Shown here one piece after another: positions 9,302-18,115 of a stretch of DNA of 32,578 nt. The notes below the pieces were generated by a model. It made no database searches. It was not told the origin of the DNA and saw only the letters and a list, made by a program, of their open reading frames with translations. Within the stretch, counting starts at the first letter, position 1. Each line of letters starts with the position of its first letter. A program made the position numbers and the translations under genes. The stretch is from a virus. Its lineage: Duplodnaviria; Caudoviricetes. The stretch covers positions 1 to 32,578 of the IMG/VR virus record IMGVR_UViG_3300020043_001373; one strand, written 5' to 3'.

Positions 9302-10501
9302 ATGCCTAACGCATATACATCCACAGGCTCTACCACTCTTGGTGGTACAGTCGGCGGTGCAGGTCTTGTACAGAAGGCGTATGACCGTCTTCTTGAGTTC
9401 GCTCTCCGCGCCGAACCACTAATTCGTTCAGTCGCAGACAAGACTCCAGCACAGCAATCAATCCCAGGTTCAACAGTAGTTCTACAGAAGTACGTTGACC
9501 TCAATGCAGTAACAGATACTCTAACAGAGACAGTAGACCCAGATTCAGTCGCGTTGTCAACACCTAACACAGTTACAATTACTCTTAACGAGTACGGTAA
9601 CTCTGTTCTTGTAACACGCGCTTTGGAACTATTCTCACTTGCAGACGTTGACCCAGCAATTGCTAACGTAATTGCGTTCAACCTTGCAGACTCAATCGAC
9701 CAGGTTGCGATGACAACACTTAACGGTGGAACAAACGTAATCTACGGCGGTTCAACAGCAACCTCAACAGCAACAATCACTGCTGCTGCAACACTAGACT
9801 CAGCAGACATCCGTAAGGCTGTTGCTAAGTTGCGTTCAAACAAGGCTGCATACCGTAAGGGTTCACTATTCTGGACTGGTATCCACCCAGAAGTTTCACA
9901 CGACCTTCGTGCAGAGACAGGCGCAGCAGGATGGCGCGACCCACACAATTACTCTTCACCAGACAACATCTGGGCTGGAGAAATTGGACAGTACGAAGGC
10001 GCATTCTTCGTAGAGTCACCACGCTTGTTCAACGCTAAGTCAGGTGCAGACCAGTCAGCATTGGCTACAACAGCAGTAACAGTTGCAGGAACATCAGCAG
10101 GATTCACATTCGGCGTTGCTTCATCTTCTGTAATTGCATCACGCGCTGAAGTTGGCGACAAGATTGCAGGAACAGGAATCGGTGCATCTGCAAAGATTAC
10201 TGCTCTTTCAACAACAGGTTCAACAACAACAATTACTGTAGATGTTGCTAACTCAGCAGCAGTTACAGCAACAACAACAGTTACAGTTACACCAGTAACT
10301 CGCGTATTCTCAACAATCGTTGCTGGAAAGCAAGCAATGGCTCAGGCTGTTGCAGAAGAACCACACGTTGTTATCGGACCAGTCGTTGACAAGTTGATGC
10401 GTTTCCGCCCAATGGGTTGGTACGGCGTACTCGGCTTTGCACGCTACCGTGAAGAAGCACTTTACCGCCTGGAGACAGGCTCATCAATCGCTGCTCTCTA
10501 G
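9302..10501 (+). CDS. major capsid protein (399 aa, HK97-type inferred) with a Thr/Ala-rich insertion
   Basis: Strong SD GGAGGTG, highly biased codons, capsid-like motifs (ITLNEYGN, LADSIDQ, IHPEVSHDL, GEIGQYEGAFFVES, GWYGVLGF). Confidence 0.9.
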   Translation: MPNAYTSTGSTTLGGTVGGAGLVQKAYDRLLEFALRAEPLIRSVADKTPAQQSIPGSTVVLQKYVDLNAVTDTLTETVDPDSVALSTPNTVTITLNEYGNSVLVTRALELFSLADVDPAIANVIAFNLADSIDQVAMTTLNGGTNVIYGGSTATSTATITAAATLDSADIRKAVAKLRSNKAAYRKGSLFWTGIHPEVSHDLRAETGAAGWRDPHNYSSPDNIWAGEIGQYEGAFFVESPRLFNAKSGADQSALATTAVTVAGTSAGFTFGVASSSVIASRAEVGDKIAGTGIGASAKITALSTTGSTTTITVDVANSAAVTATTTVTVTPVTRVFSTIVAGKQAMAQAVAEEPHVVIGPVVDKLMRFRPMGWYGVLGFARYREEALYRLETGSSIAAL

Positions 10502-10506
10502 TAGTT

Positions 10507-10550
10507 AATTGACGGGTGAGCAGAGGGAAACCTCTGCTCATCAGTAAGTT
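10507..10550 (+). terminator. long hairpin after the capsid gene (terminator/attenuator or processing site; no U-tract)
   Basis: TGAGCAGAGG-GAAA-CCTCTGCTCA (10517-10540), extendable with G-U pairs and two mismatches to 10507/10550. Confidence 0.65.
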
Positions 10551-10565
10551 CACTAAGGAGGACTA

Positions 10566-10835
10566 ATGGCTACTTGGCTATTCAGAACACCAACAGTACA
10601 AGAAGGTCCTATTGGTGGAGCACGCCTATTTTACTTCTATAAATTAGATGTAGGTGTGTCAATCGTAAAGCAAAACGGAGTCTACTCCCAAGAACGATAC
10701 ATCCTTGATTCGGATATCCCAACATTCGAGCAGGTCTATCGTGGTGGCAGAAACTACAATGTTGACGATGCAACAAAGGCAGCATTGATTGCTGGCGGTG
10801 TTGGAGTTACAGAAGTAAACTTCACAGAAGTGTAG
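10566..10835 (+). CDS. hypothetical virion-associated protein (89 aa)
   Basis: SD AAGGAGG; directly follows the capsid gene. Confidence 0.75.
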   Translation: MATWLFRTPTVQEGPIGGARLFYFYKLDVGVSIVKQNGVYSQERYILDSDIPTFEQVYRGGRNYNVDDATKAALIAGGVGVTEVNFTEV

Positions 10836-10841
10836 GGACAA

Positions 10842-11156
10842 ATGGGATTACATCAAAGACAGACACATCCAGAGTATGTAGAAGGTTGCTTTGGTTGCAA
10901 GATACAACTTCTTGAATTATCTACTGGCGATGCCAAGCGAGATATATCTGATAAGAAGTGGGTCGGAGAATTGAATGCCTACAAAGAAGCAAGAGCACAA
11001 GGTATTCAACCAGCAGGAACAACGCACAAACATATCCAACAAGCATACACAGCCAGTGAGGTTCTCAATAAACCTTACAACGCTGACACTATGCCAACTG
11101 CAAAAAACATCACCAAACAAACCGTCGAAGTAATGAAAGAAGTGGGAGCAATATAA
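10842..11156 (+). CDS. hypothetical protein with H-x4-H...CFGC putative metal site (104 aa)
   Basis: ORF track; HQRQTH...GCFGCK motif. Confidence 0.7.
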   Translation: MGLHQRQTHPEYVEGCFGCKIQLLELSTGDAKRDISDKKWVGELNAYKEARAQGIQPAGTTHKHIQQAYTASEVLNKPYNADTMPTAKNITKQTVEVMKEVGAI

Positions 11157-11314
11157 TGCCAATGGTCAACGGAAAAGAATTCGCATACTCAGCAAAGGGT
11201 ATGGCAATGGCTAAGATGGAAGCAAAGAAGTCTGGTAAGAAGATGGTCAAGAAGGCTGTCGCCAAGCGCGTAGCAAAGAAGTCTGTCGCTAAGAAGATAG
11301 CAAAGAAGAAGTAA
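11156..11314 (+). CDS. Lys/Ala-rich histone-H1/protamine-like microprotein (52 aa)
   Basis: Hand translation MPMVNGKEFAYSAKGMAMAKMEAKKSGKKMVKKAVAKRVAKKSVAKKIAKKK (18 K/R); TAATG coupling, SD GGGAG. Confidence 0.75.
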   Translation: MPMVNGKEFAYSAKGMAMAKMEAKKSGKKMVKKAVAKRVAKKSVAKKIAKKK

Positions 11315-11316
11315 TT

Positions 11317-11649
11317 ATGCCAATGACATATGACGAATACCAGAACAAGCGTTCTTGGTTAGTAGATACCGCTGAGACTCCTGCAGACCAGAAGCGCCTT
11401 AAGGCACAACTTGAAAAATTAAAGGCTCAGTACGATGCTGGCAAGGCTAAGGCTTCACCTACTGCTAAGCCACTTACGGGTGCTGCTGCTATTAAGGCAA
11501 TTCAGCAACGCACATCTGACGCAGGTGTAGCAAAAGCAGAAGCCCAAGCACGTGCTGCTATTGCCAAGAAGCACCCAGGACTTACCATTCCTGAGGTGAA
11601 GAAATCCCCAGACCTATCACGTTCAAGAAACAAGAATTTCGGAAGATGA
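11317..11649 (+). CDS. basic Ala/Lys-rich hypothetical protein (110 aa)
   Basis: ORF track; coupled to neighbours. Confidence 0.7.
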   Translation: MPMTYDEYQNKRSWLVDTAETPADQKRLKAQLEKLKAQYDAGKAKASPTAKPLTGAAAIKAIQQRTSDAGVAKAEAQARAAIAKKHPGLTIPEVKKSPDLSRSRNKNFGR

Positions 11650-11831
11650 AGAACAAAGTACAAAAGGTTATGGGCGAATTTAAACGCGGGACATTACACG
11701 CAGGGGCTAATCCTAAAGGACCAAAGAAGGCGCCTATTGTTAAATCTCGTAAGCAGGCTATTGCAATTGCTTTGTCTGAAGCAGGTAAGTCTAAGAGCAC
11801 AAAAAAAACATCTAAGAAGGGTAAAAAATAA
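11646..11831 (+). CDS. small basic protein, DUF6496-like (61 aa)
   Basis: KVQKVMGEFKRGTLH...VKSRKQAIAIALSEA motif, recognised from memory of the family. Confidence 0.7.
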   Translation: MKNKVQKVMGEFKRGTLHAGANPKGPKKAPIVKSRKQAIAIALSEAGKSKSTKKTSKKGKK

Positions 11832-12142
11832 TGCAACCACCGTCAGGAAGAAATACAGGCACAGGATGGTCAAACAAGAAAAAGGCTCCAGGAGGAGGAA
11901 AACTAGTAGTTGACCCACGTCCAGGAAACAAGGCTCCACGAATTAAACCAGTAGTTGACCCACGCCCAGGCAACAAAACCCCAGGAGGAAACAAGCCAGT
12001 AGTTGACCCACGCCCAGGCGCAGGTCGCAAAGTGGCTAACCCAGGTCTTGATATGAAAATTCAACCATTGAAGCCACGTTCAAGTGGCGGACTCTTTGGT
12101 GTTGGCGGAAAAATGGTCAACAAAGTTTACAAGACATACTAA
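11831..12142 (+). CDS. Pro/Gly/Lys-rich protein with three VVDPRPG repeats (103 aa)
   Basis: TAATG coupling; internal repeats. Confidence 0.7.
   Translation: MQPPSGRNTGTGWSNKKKAPGGGKLVVDPRPGNKAPRIKPVVDPRPGNKTPGGNKPVVDPRPGAGRKVANPGLDMKIQPLKPRSSGGLFGVGGKMVNKVYKTY
11905..12018 (+). repeat. three 21-nt direct repeats AGTAGTTGACCCACGYCCAGG
   Basis: Copies at 11905, 11950 and 11998; periods of 45 and 48 nt keep the frame. Confidence 0.9.
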
Positions 12143-12168
12143 AATACTAAACAAGGCGGCGAACAAAG

Positions 12169-12426
12169 ATGGCAGACCCTAGACTAAAGCGAGCAGGAGT
12201 GTCAGGCTTCAACAAGCCTAAGCGCACACCAAGTCATCCAAAGAAGTCACACGTTGTTGTGGCTAAAGAAGGCGATAAGGTCAAAACTATTCGCTTTGGT
12301 CAACAGGGTGTTACTGGCGATAAGAAGCCAACAGCACGTCAAGCATCATTTAAGGCTAGGCACGCAAAGAATATTGCCAAAGGCAAAATGAGTGCCGCAT
12401 ATTGGGCAGATAAGGTGAAATGGTGA
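12169..12426 (+). CDS. small basic phage protein (85 aa), possible nucleic-acid binder
   Basis: KPKRTPSHPKKSHVVVAK...IRFGQQG...SFKARH...SAAYWA; very K/R-rich. Confidence 0.75.
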   Translation: MADPRLKRAGVSGFNKPKRTPSHPKKSHVVVAKEGDKVKTIRFGQQGVTGDKKPTARQASFKARHAKNIAKGKMSAAYWADKVKW

Positions 12427-12581
12427 AAAAGAAAGCATTCTGGGACAAGAAGAATCCTAACAAGAAATCAACACCTTTGACTGCAGCACAAAAGGCAAAA
12501 GCAAAGGCTAGGGCTAAGGCAGCAGGTCGACCTTACCCAAACTTAGTAGACAACGCAGCAGTTAAAAGAAAGGCTAAGTAA
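12420..12581 (+). CDS. small basic protein (53 aa; LTAAQKAKAKARAKAAGRPYPNLVDN)
   Basis: Hand translation, 17 K/R. Fills the gap exactly and its stop overlaps the next ATG. The start could be GTG 12423. Confidence 0.75.
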   Translation: MVKKKAFWDKKNPNKKSTPLTAAQKAKAKARAKAAGRPYPNLVDNAAVKRKAK

Positions 12582-12847
12582 TGGCTAGCATTCCAGGTTT
12601 ATCATTTTGTGCTGAACTTAATCGTTTAGCAAATGGTGGAGATTATCCACTAATGACTGCATTCAAGGAGTCACAAGGCGCAGCCAATGCTTGGGCTGGG
12701 ACAACAGGTAAAGGTTTAATTGCTGCTCTGAACTACAAGGCTGATGCTGGTCGTCAACCTAATAACTTTAAAAACCTTAACGCTATCTGCAACGAACTAG
12801 CGTCTACTACTGGACTATCTGCTCTTGCAGCATTGAGGACTATCTAA
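12581..12847 (+). CDS. hypothetical virion-region protein (88 aa)
   Basis: TAATG coupling at both ends. Confidence 0.7.
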   Translation: MASIPGLSFCAELNRLANGGDYPLMTAFKESQGAANAWAGTTGKGLIAALNYKADAGRQPNNFKNLNAICNELASTTGLSALAALRTI

Positions 12848-13764
12848 TGCCAACACTTGAAAGTATGATTGATGAAGTGCTTATCAACCTTGCAGGTTAT
12901 ACATACCAGCAGGATAGAGCAACTTACATCACAGAAAACGTTACTGATACACCATCGACTATTGCTAGTCCAACTATTCTTCAGTTAGCATCTACCGATA
13001 ATATCGGTAAGGGTACTATTGAAATCAACGAAGAGTTAATCTGGCTAGATTCTTTTGACCGCGTATCTAATACAGCAACCGTTCCACCTTGGGGACGTGG
13101 CTACCTAGGTACAGAGATTGCAGCACATACCGCTGGGGCTAAGGTTACTATTACACCTACCTTCCCACGCTATGTAATTAAAAAAGCAATCAACGATACT
13201 ATTGCAGCCTTCGGCGCTACTATCTTTGCGGTTAAGACAACATCATTTACTTTTAATGCAGCACAGACTACATACCCATTTAACAACCTCAACATCCACA
13301 ACATTATGACAATTATGTGGCAAGACATTGGACCTTCGGAAGAGTGGTTCCCAATTCGTCGTTGGTCTTGGGATTCTTTGGCTTCAACTGCAGCATTCGG
13401 TGCTGACGCACAGACTGTAACAATCGGTGACTTTGTTCAACCAGGTCGTACAGTCAAGGTTGTCTATGCAACTGACCCAGTACCTTTCACAAGCGATTCT
13501 CAAGACTTTGCAACTCAGACAGGACTACCAAACTCTGCACGAGATGTTGCAATCCTAGGCGCTTCATACCGCCTACTCACATATTTGGACCCTGCACGTG
13601 CTGCACAAGTTAGCCCACAGGCTGACGAGACAGATAGTAAGCGTCCGTTTGGTGCATCACAGAGTGCAACGAAGCAACTCTACGCACTTTACGTACAACG
13701 TTTAAATGAAGAAACAGCAAGACAGCAAGCCCAGTATCCAATCCGTGTTCACTACAGCCGATAG
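12847..13764 (+). CDS. head-tail adaptor / tail tubular protein A-like (305 aa)
   Basis: N-terminal TLESMIDEV..L, IKKAINDTI and C-terminal AILGASYRL helices typical of adaptors; position before the fibre. Confidence 0.6.
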   Translation: MPTLESMIDEVLINLAGYTYQQDRATYITENVTDTPSTIASPTILQLASTDNIGKGTIEINEELIWLDSFDRVSNTATVPPWGRGYLGTEIAAHTAGAKVTITPTFPRYVIKKAINDTIAAFGATIFAVKTTSFTFNAAQTTYPFNNLNIHNIMTIMWQDIGPSEEWFPIRRWSWDSLASTAAFGADAQTVTIGDFVQPGRTVKVVYATDPVPFTSDSQDFATQTGLPNSARDVAILGASYRLLTYLDPARAAQVSPQADETDSKRPFGASQSATKQLYALYVQRLNEETARQQAQYPIRVHYSR

Positions 13765-13772
13765 GTAACTAA

Positions 13773-16700
13773 ATGACAACAAGAAAATACTCCTCTCGCT
13801 CCCAGCAAACTACGCTAGCAGCAGGTATTACAGATACAGCAACAAGTTGTACAGTAGTATCTGGCTCAGCATTACTTGGTGGAGCAACCGTCCCTGCTGG
13901 TACAACATTTACTGTTGTCATTGACCCAGATACAGCACTCGAAGAAATTGTAGATGTTACGGTTGTTAGTACTAACGTATTAACAATTACCCGTGGTGTT
14001 GAAAATGCTGGTACTGGTCAGGCTCACTCCGCTGGTGCTGCTGTTCGCCATATGGCAATTGGTCGTGACTTCCGCGAAGCCAACCTTCACATTGAAGCAA
14101 CTGGTGGATACAACGATGGTACTGGTGCTCACACAATGCACGGTATTGCCGCAGGCGAAGGCGACGTTGTAGGTACACTTAAGACTCAGACACTGACCAA
14201 TAAGACCCTTACAGCCCCTACAATCACCAACCCTATTATTTCAGGTACTAATGTAGATGCAAGCATTGTCTTTGAAGGCGCAACACCAGATGCCTTTGAG
14301 ACTACCCTTACAGTGGTTGACCCTACACAGGACAATACAATCACAATGCCTAACACAACAGGCACAGTGGTTATTGCTACTGCGGTACAGACTCTTACAA
14401 ACAAGACTCTGACTAGCCCAACCATCTCTGGTTCTCCAGTCATTACTGGTCTGTCCTCTGCAGGGATGTCAGCATCCTCTGCTACTCCTAAGGACTATGT
14501 AGATAGCATTTTAGGTTCAGCAACTGCAGCAGCAACCTCGGCAGCAAGTGCTGCAACCTCTGCTACATCGGCTGCTACAAGCGCTACAAGCGCTGCAGCC
14601 AGCGCAGCAACCGCAGCATCATCTGCAACTACATCCGCTAACTCTGCAACAGCAGCAGCAACCAGTGCTACAAGCGCAGCGGCATCTGCCACAGCAGCGG
14701 CTACGTCAGCCACATCTGCTGCAGCAAGTGCTACTGCTTCTGCCAATAGTGCAACAGCATCAGCCTCATCCGCAACTGCTTCTGCAACTTCTGCTACAGC
14801 GTCTGCATCATCTGCAAGTGCTGCAGCCACATCAGCCTCATCTGCTTTGACTAGCCAAACCGCTGCAGCAACTAGCGCAACAAGCGCTGCTGCTTCCGCA
14901 ACGGCTGCTGCAACAAGTGCAACATCTGCTGCTGCATCGGCTACCGCCGCTGCGACTTCTGCAACTTCTGCTGCTGCCTCAGCGACTGAGGCTGCTGGTT
15001 ATGTAGTTCCATCTCAGACTGGCAATGGTGGTAAGGTACTAGGAACTGATGGTTCCGCAGTATCCTGGACAACAACTATTAACCCTACTACAGTTTCAAG
15101 CAACGTTGGTTTAGGTTCAGGAGTTCTTGCTGCTAATACAACTGGCGCAAATAACGTCGCTATTGGTAGTTTTGCACTTGATGCCAATACTATTGGGCAA
15201 TACAATATCGCTATTGGTGCCAATTCATTAGGAGGCAATACCACAGGTGTACAGAATACTGGAGTTGGTTCTGGAGCGTTGCAAGCAAATACAATAGGTA
15301 TCAATAACACCGCAGTTGGACACTTAGCATTAACTGCTAACACAACAGGCAATAATAACGTCGCTGTAGGTAGTCTTGCACTTGATGCCAATACTACTGG
15401 TATAAATAATGTGGCTGTAGGCAATAATGCTCTTGGCGCTAATGAGACTGGTTTTCAAAACATAGCCATAGGTTCTTCTGCACTATTAGCAAATACAACT
15501 GGTATCAATAACGTTGCTGTTGGGGTTCTTGCTTTAGATGCAAACACAACTGGTACAAATAACATTGCAGTTGGAACTAATACTCTAGGTGCTAATACTA
15601 TTGGAACAGATAACGTTGGTGTTGGAGTTCTTTCGCTAGCAGTAAATACAACAGGTATTAACAACGTAGCAATTGGCTCTAGCGCACTTAATGCCAATAC
15701 TACAGGCACTAATAATACTGCAATTGGAACCAATGCTTTACTTCTTAACACTACAGGTATTAACAATGTTGCTATTGGTTCTAGTGCATTAGATGCCAAT
15801 ACCATTGGCTATAACAACACTGCGGTTGGATTCCAAGTTTTAACTAGCAATACAGATGGTTATGAAAACGTTGCTATTGGAACAAACGCATTGCTTGCCA
15901 ACACAACTGGTAATAACAATGTTGCTGTTGGTACTTTTGCTCTTGATGCAAATACAACAGGTATTAACAATGTTGCAGTTGGTGCATCTGCTTTGGGTGC
16001 TAATACTACGGGTACCAATAATACTGCAATTGGTAAAGATGCCTTGCTTGTAAACACTACAGGAGCATTTAACGTTGCACTTGGCTCATTTGCGCTTGAT
16101 GCTAGCACAGTAGGTAATAGCAATGTTGCACTTGGCTATAATGCTTTAAGTACTAACACAACAGGTTCAAACAACGTAGGAGTTGGAACAAATTCTCTTA
16201 ATGCTAATACAACTGGAGTGGACAACACAGCAGTTGGTCACAACTCTCTTCTTGCAAATACAGTAGGAACTGGAAACGTTGCAGTAGGCTCACTTTCTCT
16301 TGATGCAAATACTACAGGTACTAATAACGTTGCTGTTGGTTACAACGCACTTGGTGCAAATACTATTGGAACCAACAATGTTGGTGTGGGAATCAGCGCT
16401 TTATCCGCAAATACAACAGGCTTTGCCAACATTGGAATTGGAACAAATGCATTACTTGCTAATACCACAGGTGTTAACAATGTGGCAGTAGGTCATCTTT
16501 CACTTGATGCCAATACAGTTGGTCTAAGAAATATTGCTGTAGGTCGTGACGCTCTTGGTGCTAATACCGAAGGTAGCGACAACGTAGCAATAGGTCACTC
16601 TGCCCTTCTTGTCAACACAACAGGTACTAGCAACACAGCCGTTGGTGCATTCGCCCTTGACTCCAATACCACTGGACCAGGAGGAGTTGCTCTTGGTTAC

Positions 16701-17807
16701 AACGCTCTTACATCAAATACAACGGGTGAGTATAATACAGCGGTAGGCTACAACGCTTTACTGTCAAACACAACAGGTGTAAACAATATTGCCATTGGTC
16801 CTCAAACATTAAACTCAAATACAGTTGGTTATAATAATATTGCTATTGGGCGCTCTGCTTTGTATGCTAACACTACTGGTATTGAAAATACTGCTGTTGG
16901 TCGTGCTGCGCTGGAATCAAACACAGTAGGTACTAGCAACACAGCCGTTGGTTCATACGCTCTTGATGCTAATACAACTGGTACAAACAATACTGCTGTT
17001 GGTACAAGTTCTTTATCTGCAAATACTACAGGAGTTGAAAACGTAGCGGTTGGAAACACTGCTCTTTTTTCAAATACCATTGGTAGCGCCAACGTTGCCA
17101 TCGGTAAAGATGTACTGTACGCCAATACAACTGGTGTATCCAATGTGGCTATTGGTAGCGCAAGAGGTGGCGCTCACGGCGCAGCACTCGGATTAAATAC
17201 TACTGGTATTAACAACACAGCAATTGGTGCGGGTGCGTTACATTCACAGACAACAGCAACTGGCAATGTCGGTGTTGGTCACCTAGCAGGGTATGACGTA
17301 ACAACAGGTTCAGAAAATACTTTCCTTGGAAATGAGGCTGGGCGTGATGGCGTAAACAATGTCACAACTGGTACTAATAATACTTTATTGGGTAACAAAG
17401 CAAGAGCAAGTAGCGCTACGGCATCAAATGTAATTACACTTGGTAATTCATCCATTGCAACTATCCGCGCTCAAGTAACATCTATTACTGCGCTATCAGA
17501 TGCCCGTGATAAAACAGATGTTGAATCAATCCCAGTTGGACTGGACTTTATTAACAAGTTAAACCCAGTTACATTTACTTGGAATATGCGTGATGGTGGC
17601 AAGGTTGGCGTTAAGGACACAGGCTTTATTGCCCAAGAACTTATGGCAACCGAGGACGAAGCAGAACTTGCTGAGTACCTACAACTAACATACCGTGATA
17701 ATCCAGAAAGACTAGAAGCAACTCAGGGCAGACTAATCCCTATATTGGTCAAGGCAGTACAAGAACTTTCAGCAAAGGTCGCTGAACTAGAAGCAAAGGT
17801 AAACTAA
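13773..17807 (+). CDS. tail fibre with Ser/Ala/Thr stalk, 17-aa beta-solenoid repeats and C-terminal peptidase S74 intramolecular chaperone (1344 aa)
   Basis: QTLTNKTLT motifs, SATSAA repeats, about 42 NTTGxNNxAxGxxALxA repeats, SDARDK (Ser at 17496)...GFIAQEL...LVKAVQELSAKVAELE. Confidence 0.9.
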   Translation: MTTRKYSSRSQQTTLAAGITDTATSCTVVSGSALLGGATVPAGTTFTVVIDPDTALEEIVDVTVVSTNVLTITRGVENAGTGQAHSAGAAVRHMAIGRDFREANLHIEATGGYNDGTGAHTMHGIAAGEGDVVGTLKTQTLTNKTLTAPTITNPIISGTNVDASIVFEGATPDAFETTLTVVDPTQDNTITMPNTTGTVVIATAVQTLTNKTLTSPTISGSPVITGLSSAGMSASSATPKDYVDSILGSATAAATSAASAATSATSAATSATSAAASAATAASSATTSANSATAAATSATSAAASATAAATSATSAAASATASANSATASASSATASATSATASASSASAAATSASSALTSQTAAATSATSAAASATAAATSATSAAASATAAATSATSAAASATEAAGYVVPSQTGNGGKVLGTDGSAVSWTTTINPTTVSSNVGLGSGVLAANTTGANNVAIGSFALDANTIGQYNIAIGANSLGGNTTGVQNTGVGSGALQANTIGINNTAVGHLALTANTTGNNNVAVGSLALDANTTGINNVAVGNNALGANETGFQNIAIGSSALLANTTGINNVAVGVLALDANTTGTNNIAVGTNTLGANTIGTDNVGVGVLSLAVNTTGINNVAIGSSALNANTTGTNNTAIGTNALLLNTTGINNVAIGSSALDANTIGYNNTAVGFQVLTSNTDGYENVAIGTNALLANTTGNNNVAVGTFALDANTTGINNVAVGASALGANTTGTNNTAIGKDALLVNTTGAFNVALGSFALDASTVGNSNVALGYNALSTNTTGSNNVGVGTNSLNANTTGVDNTAVGHNSLLANTVGTGNVAVGSLSLDANTTGTNNVAVGYNALGANTIGTNNVGVGISALSANTTGFANIGIGTNALLANTTGVNNVAVGHLSLDANTVGLRNIAVGRDALGANTEGSDNVAIGHSALLVNTTGTSNTAVGAFALDSNTTGPGGVALGYNALTSNTTGEYNTAVGYNALLSNTTGVNNIAIGPQTLNSNTVGYNNIAIGRSALYANTTGIENTAVGRAALESNTVGTSNTAVGSYALDANTTGTNNTAVGTSSLSANTTGVENVAVGNTALFSNTIGSANVAIGKDVLYANTTGVSNVAIGSARGGAHGAALGLNTTGINNTAIGAGALHSQTTATGNVGVGHLAGYDVTTGSENTFLGNEAGRDGVNNVTTGTNNTLLGNKARASSATASNVITLGNSSIATIRAQVTSITALSDARDKTDVESIPVGLDFINKLNPVTFTWNMRDGGKVGVKDTGFIAQELMATEDEAELAEYLQLTYRDNPERLEATQGRLIPILVKAVQELSAKVAELEAKVN
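14515..14997 (+). repeat. low-complexity heptad-like SAT(S/A)AAA coding repeat
   Basis: About 160 codons almost only Ser/Ala/Thr. Confidence 0.9.
15134..17345 (+). repeat. about 42 tandem 51-nt (17-aa) coding repeats
   Basis: Counted from the translation; synonymously diverged at DNA level. Confidence 0.9.
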
Positions 17808-18115
17808 TGTCACATACAGACAATGCAGTAAAGACAATCACTAAGGCTACTCCTACAGTTGACCTTGATGGCAAGGTAATCAAGTGGGATGTAGAGGTTG
17901 AGTACTTACTCAATGACTATGTATCAAAGTTCCAGAAGGCTGTAGAGGTTGAGGCTGAGAAGGCACCAGCATCTTTCAACAAGGCTGAACTGTGGGCATT
18001 GGTCAATGAGGCTCACCTAGATGCAGTATATGAGTCACAATATGTATCAACTCAAATTCCAGTAGAGGCTACTGAAGTCAAGGTTGATGATTTTGATATT
18101 GATTCACTAGCGTAA
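17807..18115 (+). CDS. acidic small protein, putative tail fibre assembly/accessory protein (102 aa)
   Basis: Coupled (TAATG) to the fibre gene; function by position only. Confidence 0.55.
   Translation: MSHTDNAVKTITKATPTVDLDGKVIKWDVEVEYLLNDYVSKFQKAVEVEAEKAPASFNKAELWALVNEAHLDAVYESQYVSTQIPVEATEVKVDDFDIDSLA

Noticed and set aside
8800-9681. 293-aa - strand ORF, and other antisense or alternate-frame ORFs over genes at 768-21729
   Set aside because: Shadows of biased or repetitive coding on the + strand; no RBS or protein-like features.
10490-10566. T7 10B-like capsid frameshift or read-through extension
   Set aside because: Tandem TAG TAG stops and no slippery heptamer seen at the capsid 3' end.
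11905-12018. CRISPR-like mini-array (21-nt repeats, 24-27-nt spacers)
   Set aside because: Periods are multiples of 3 within an ORF, the spacers resemble each other, the one variable base is synonymous, and there is no cas operon.
15134-17345. Diversity-generating retroelement target (many AAC codons, repeats)
   Set aside because: No reverse transcriptase and no template/variable repeat pair differing only at adenines in this window.
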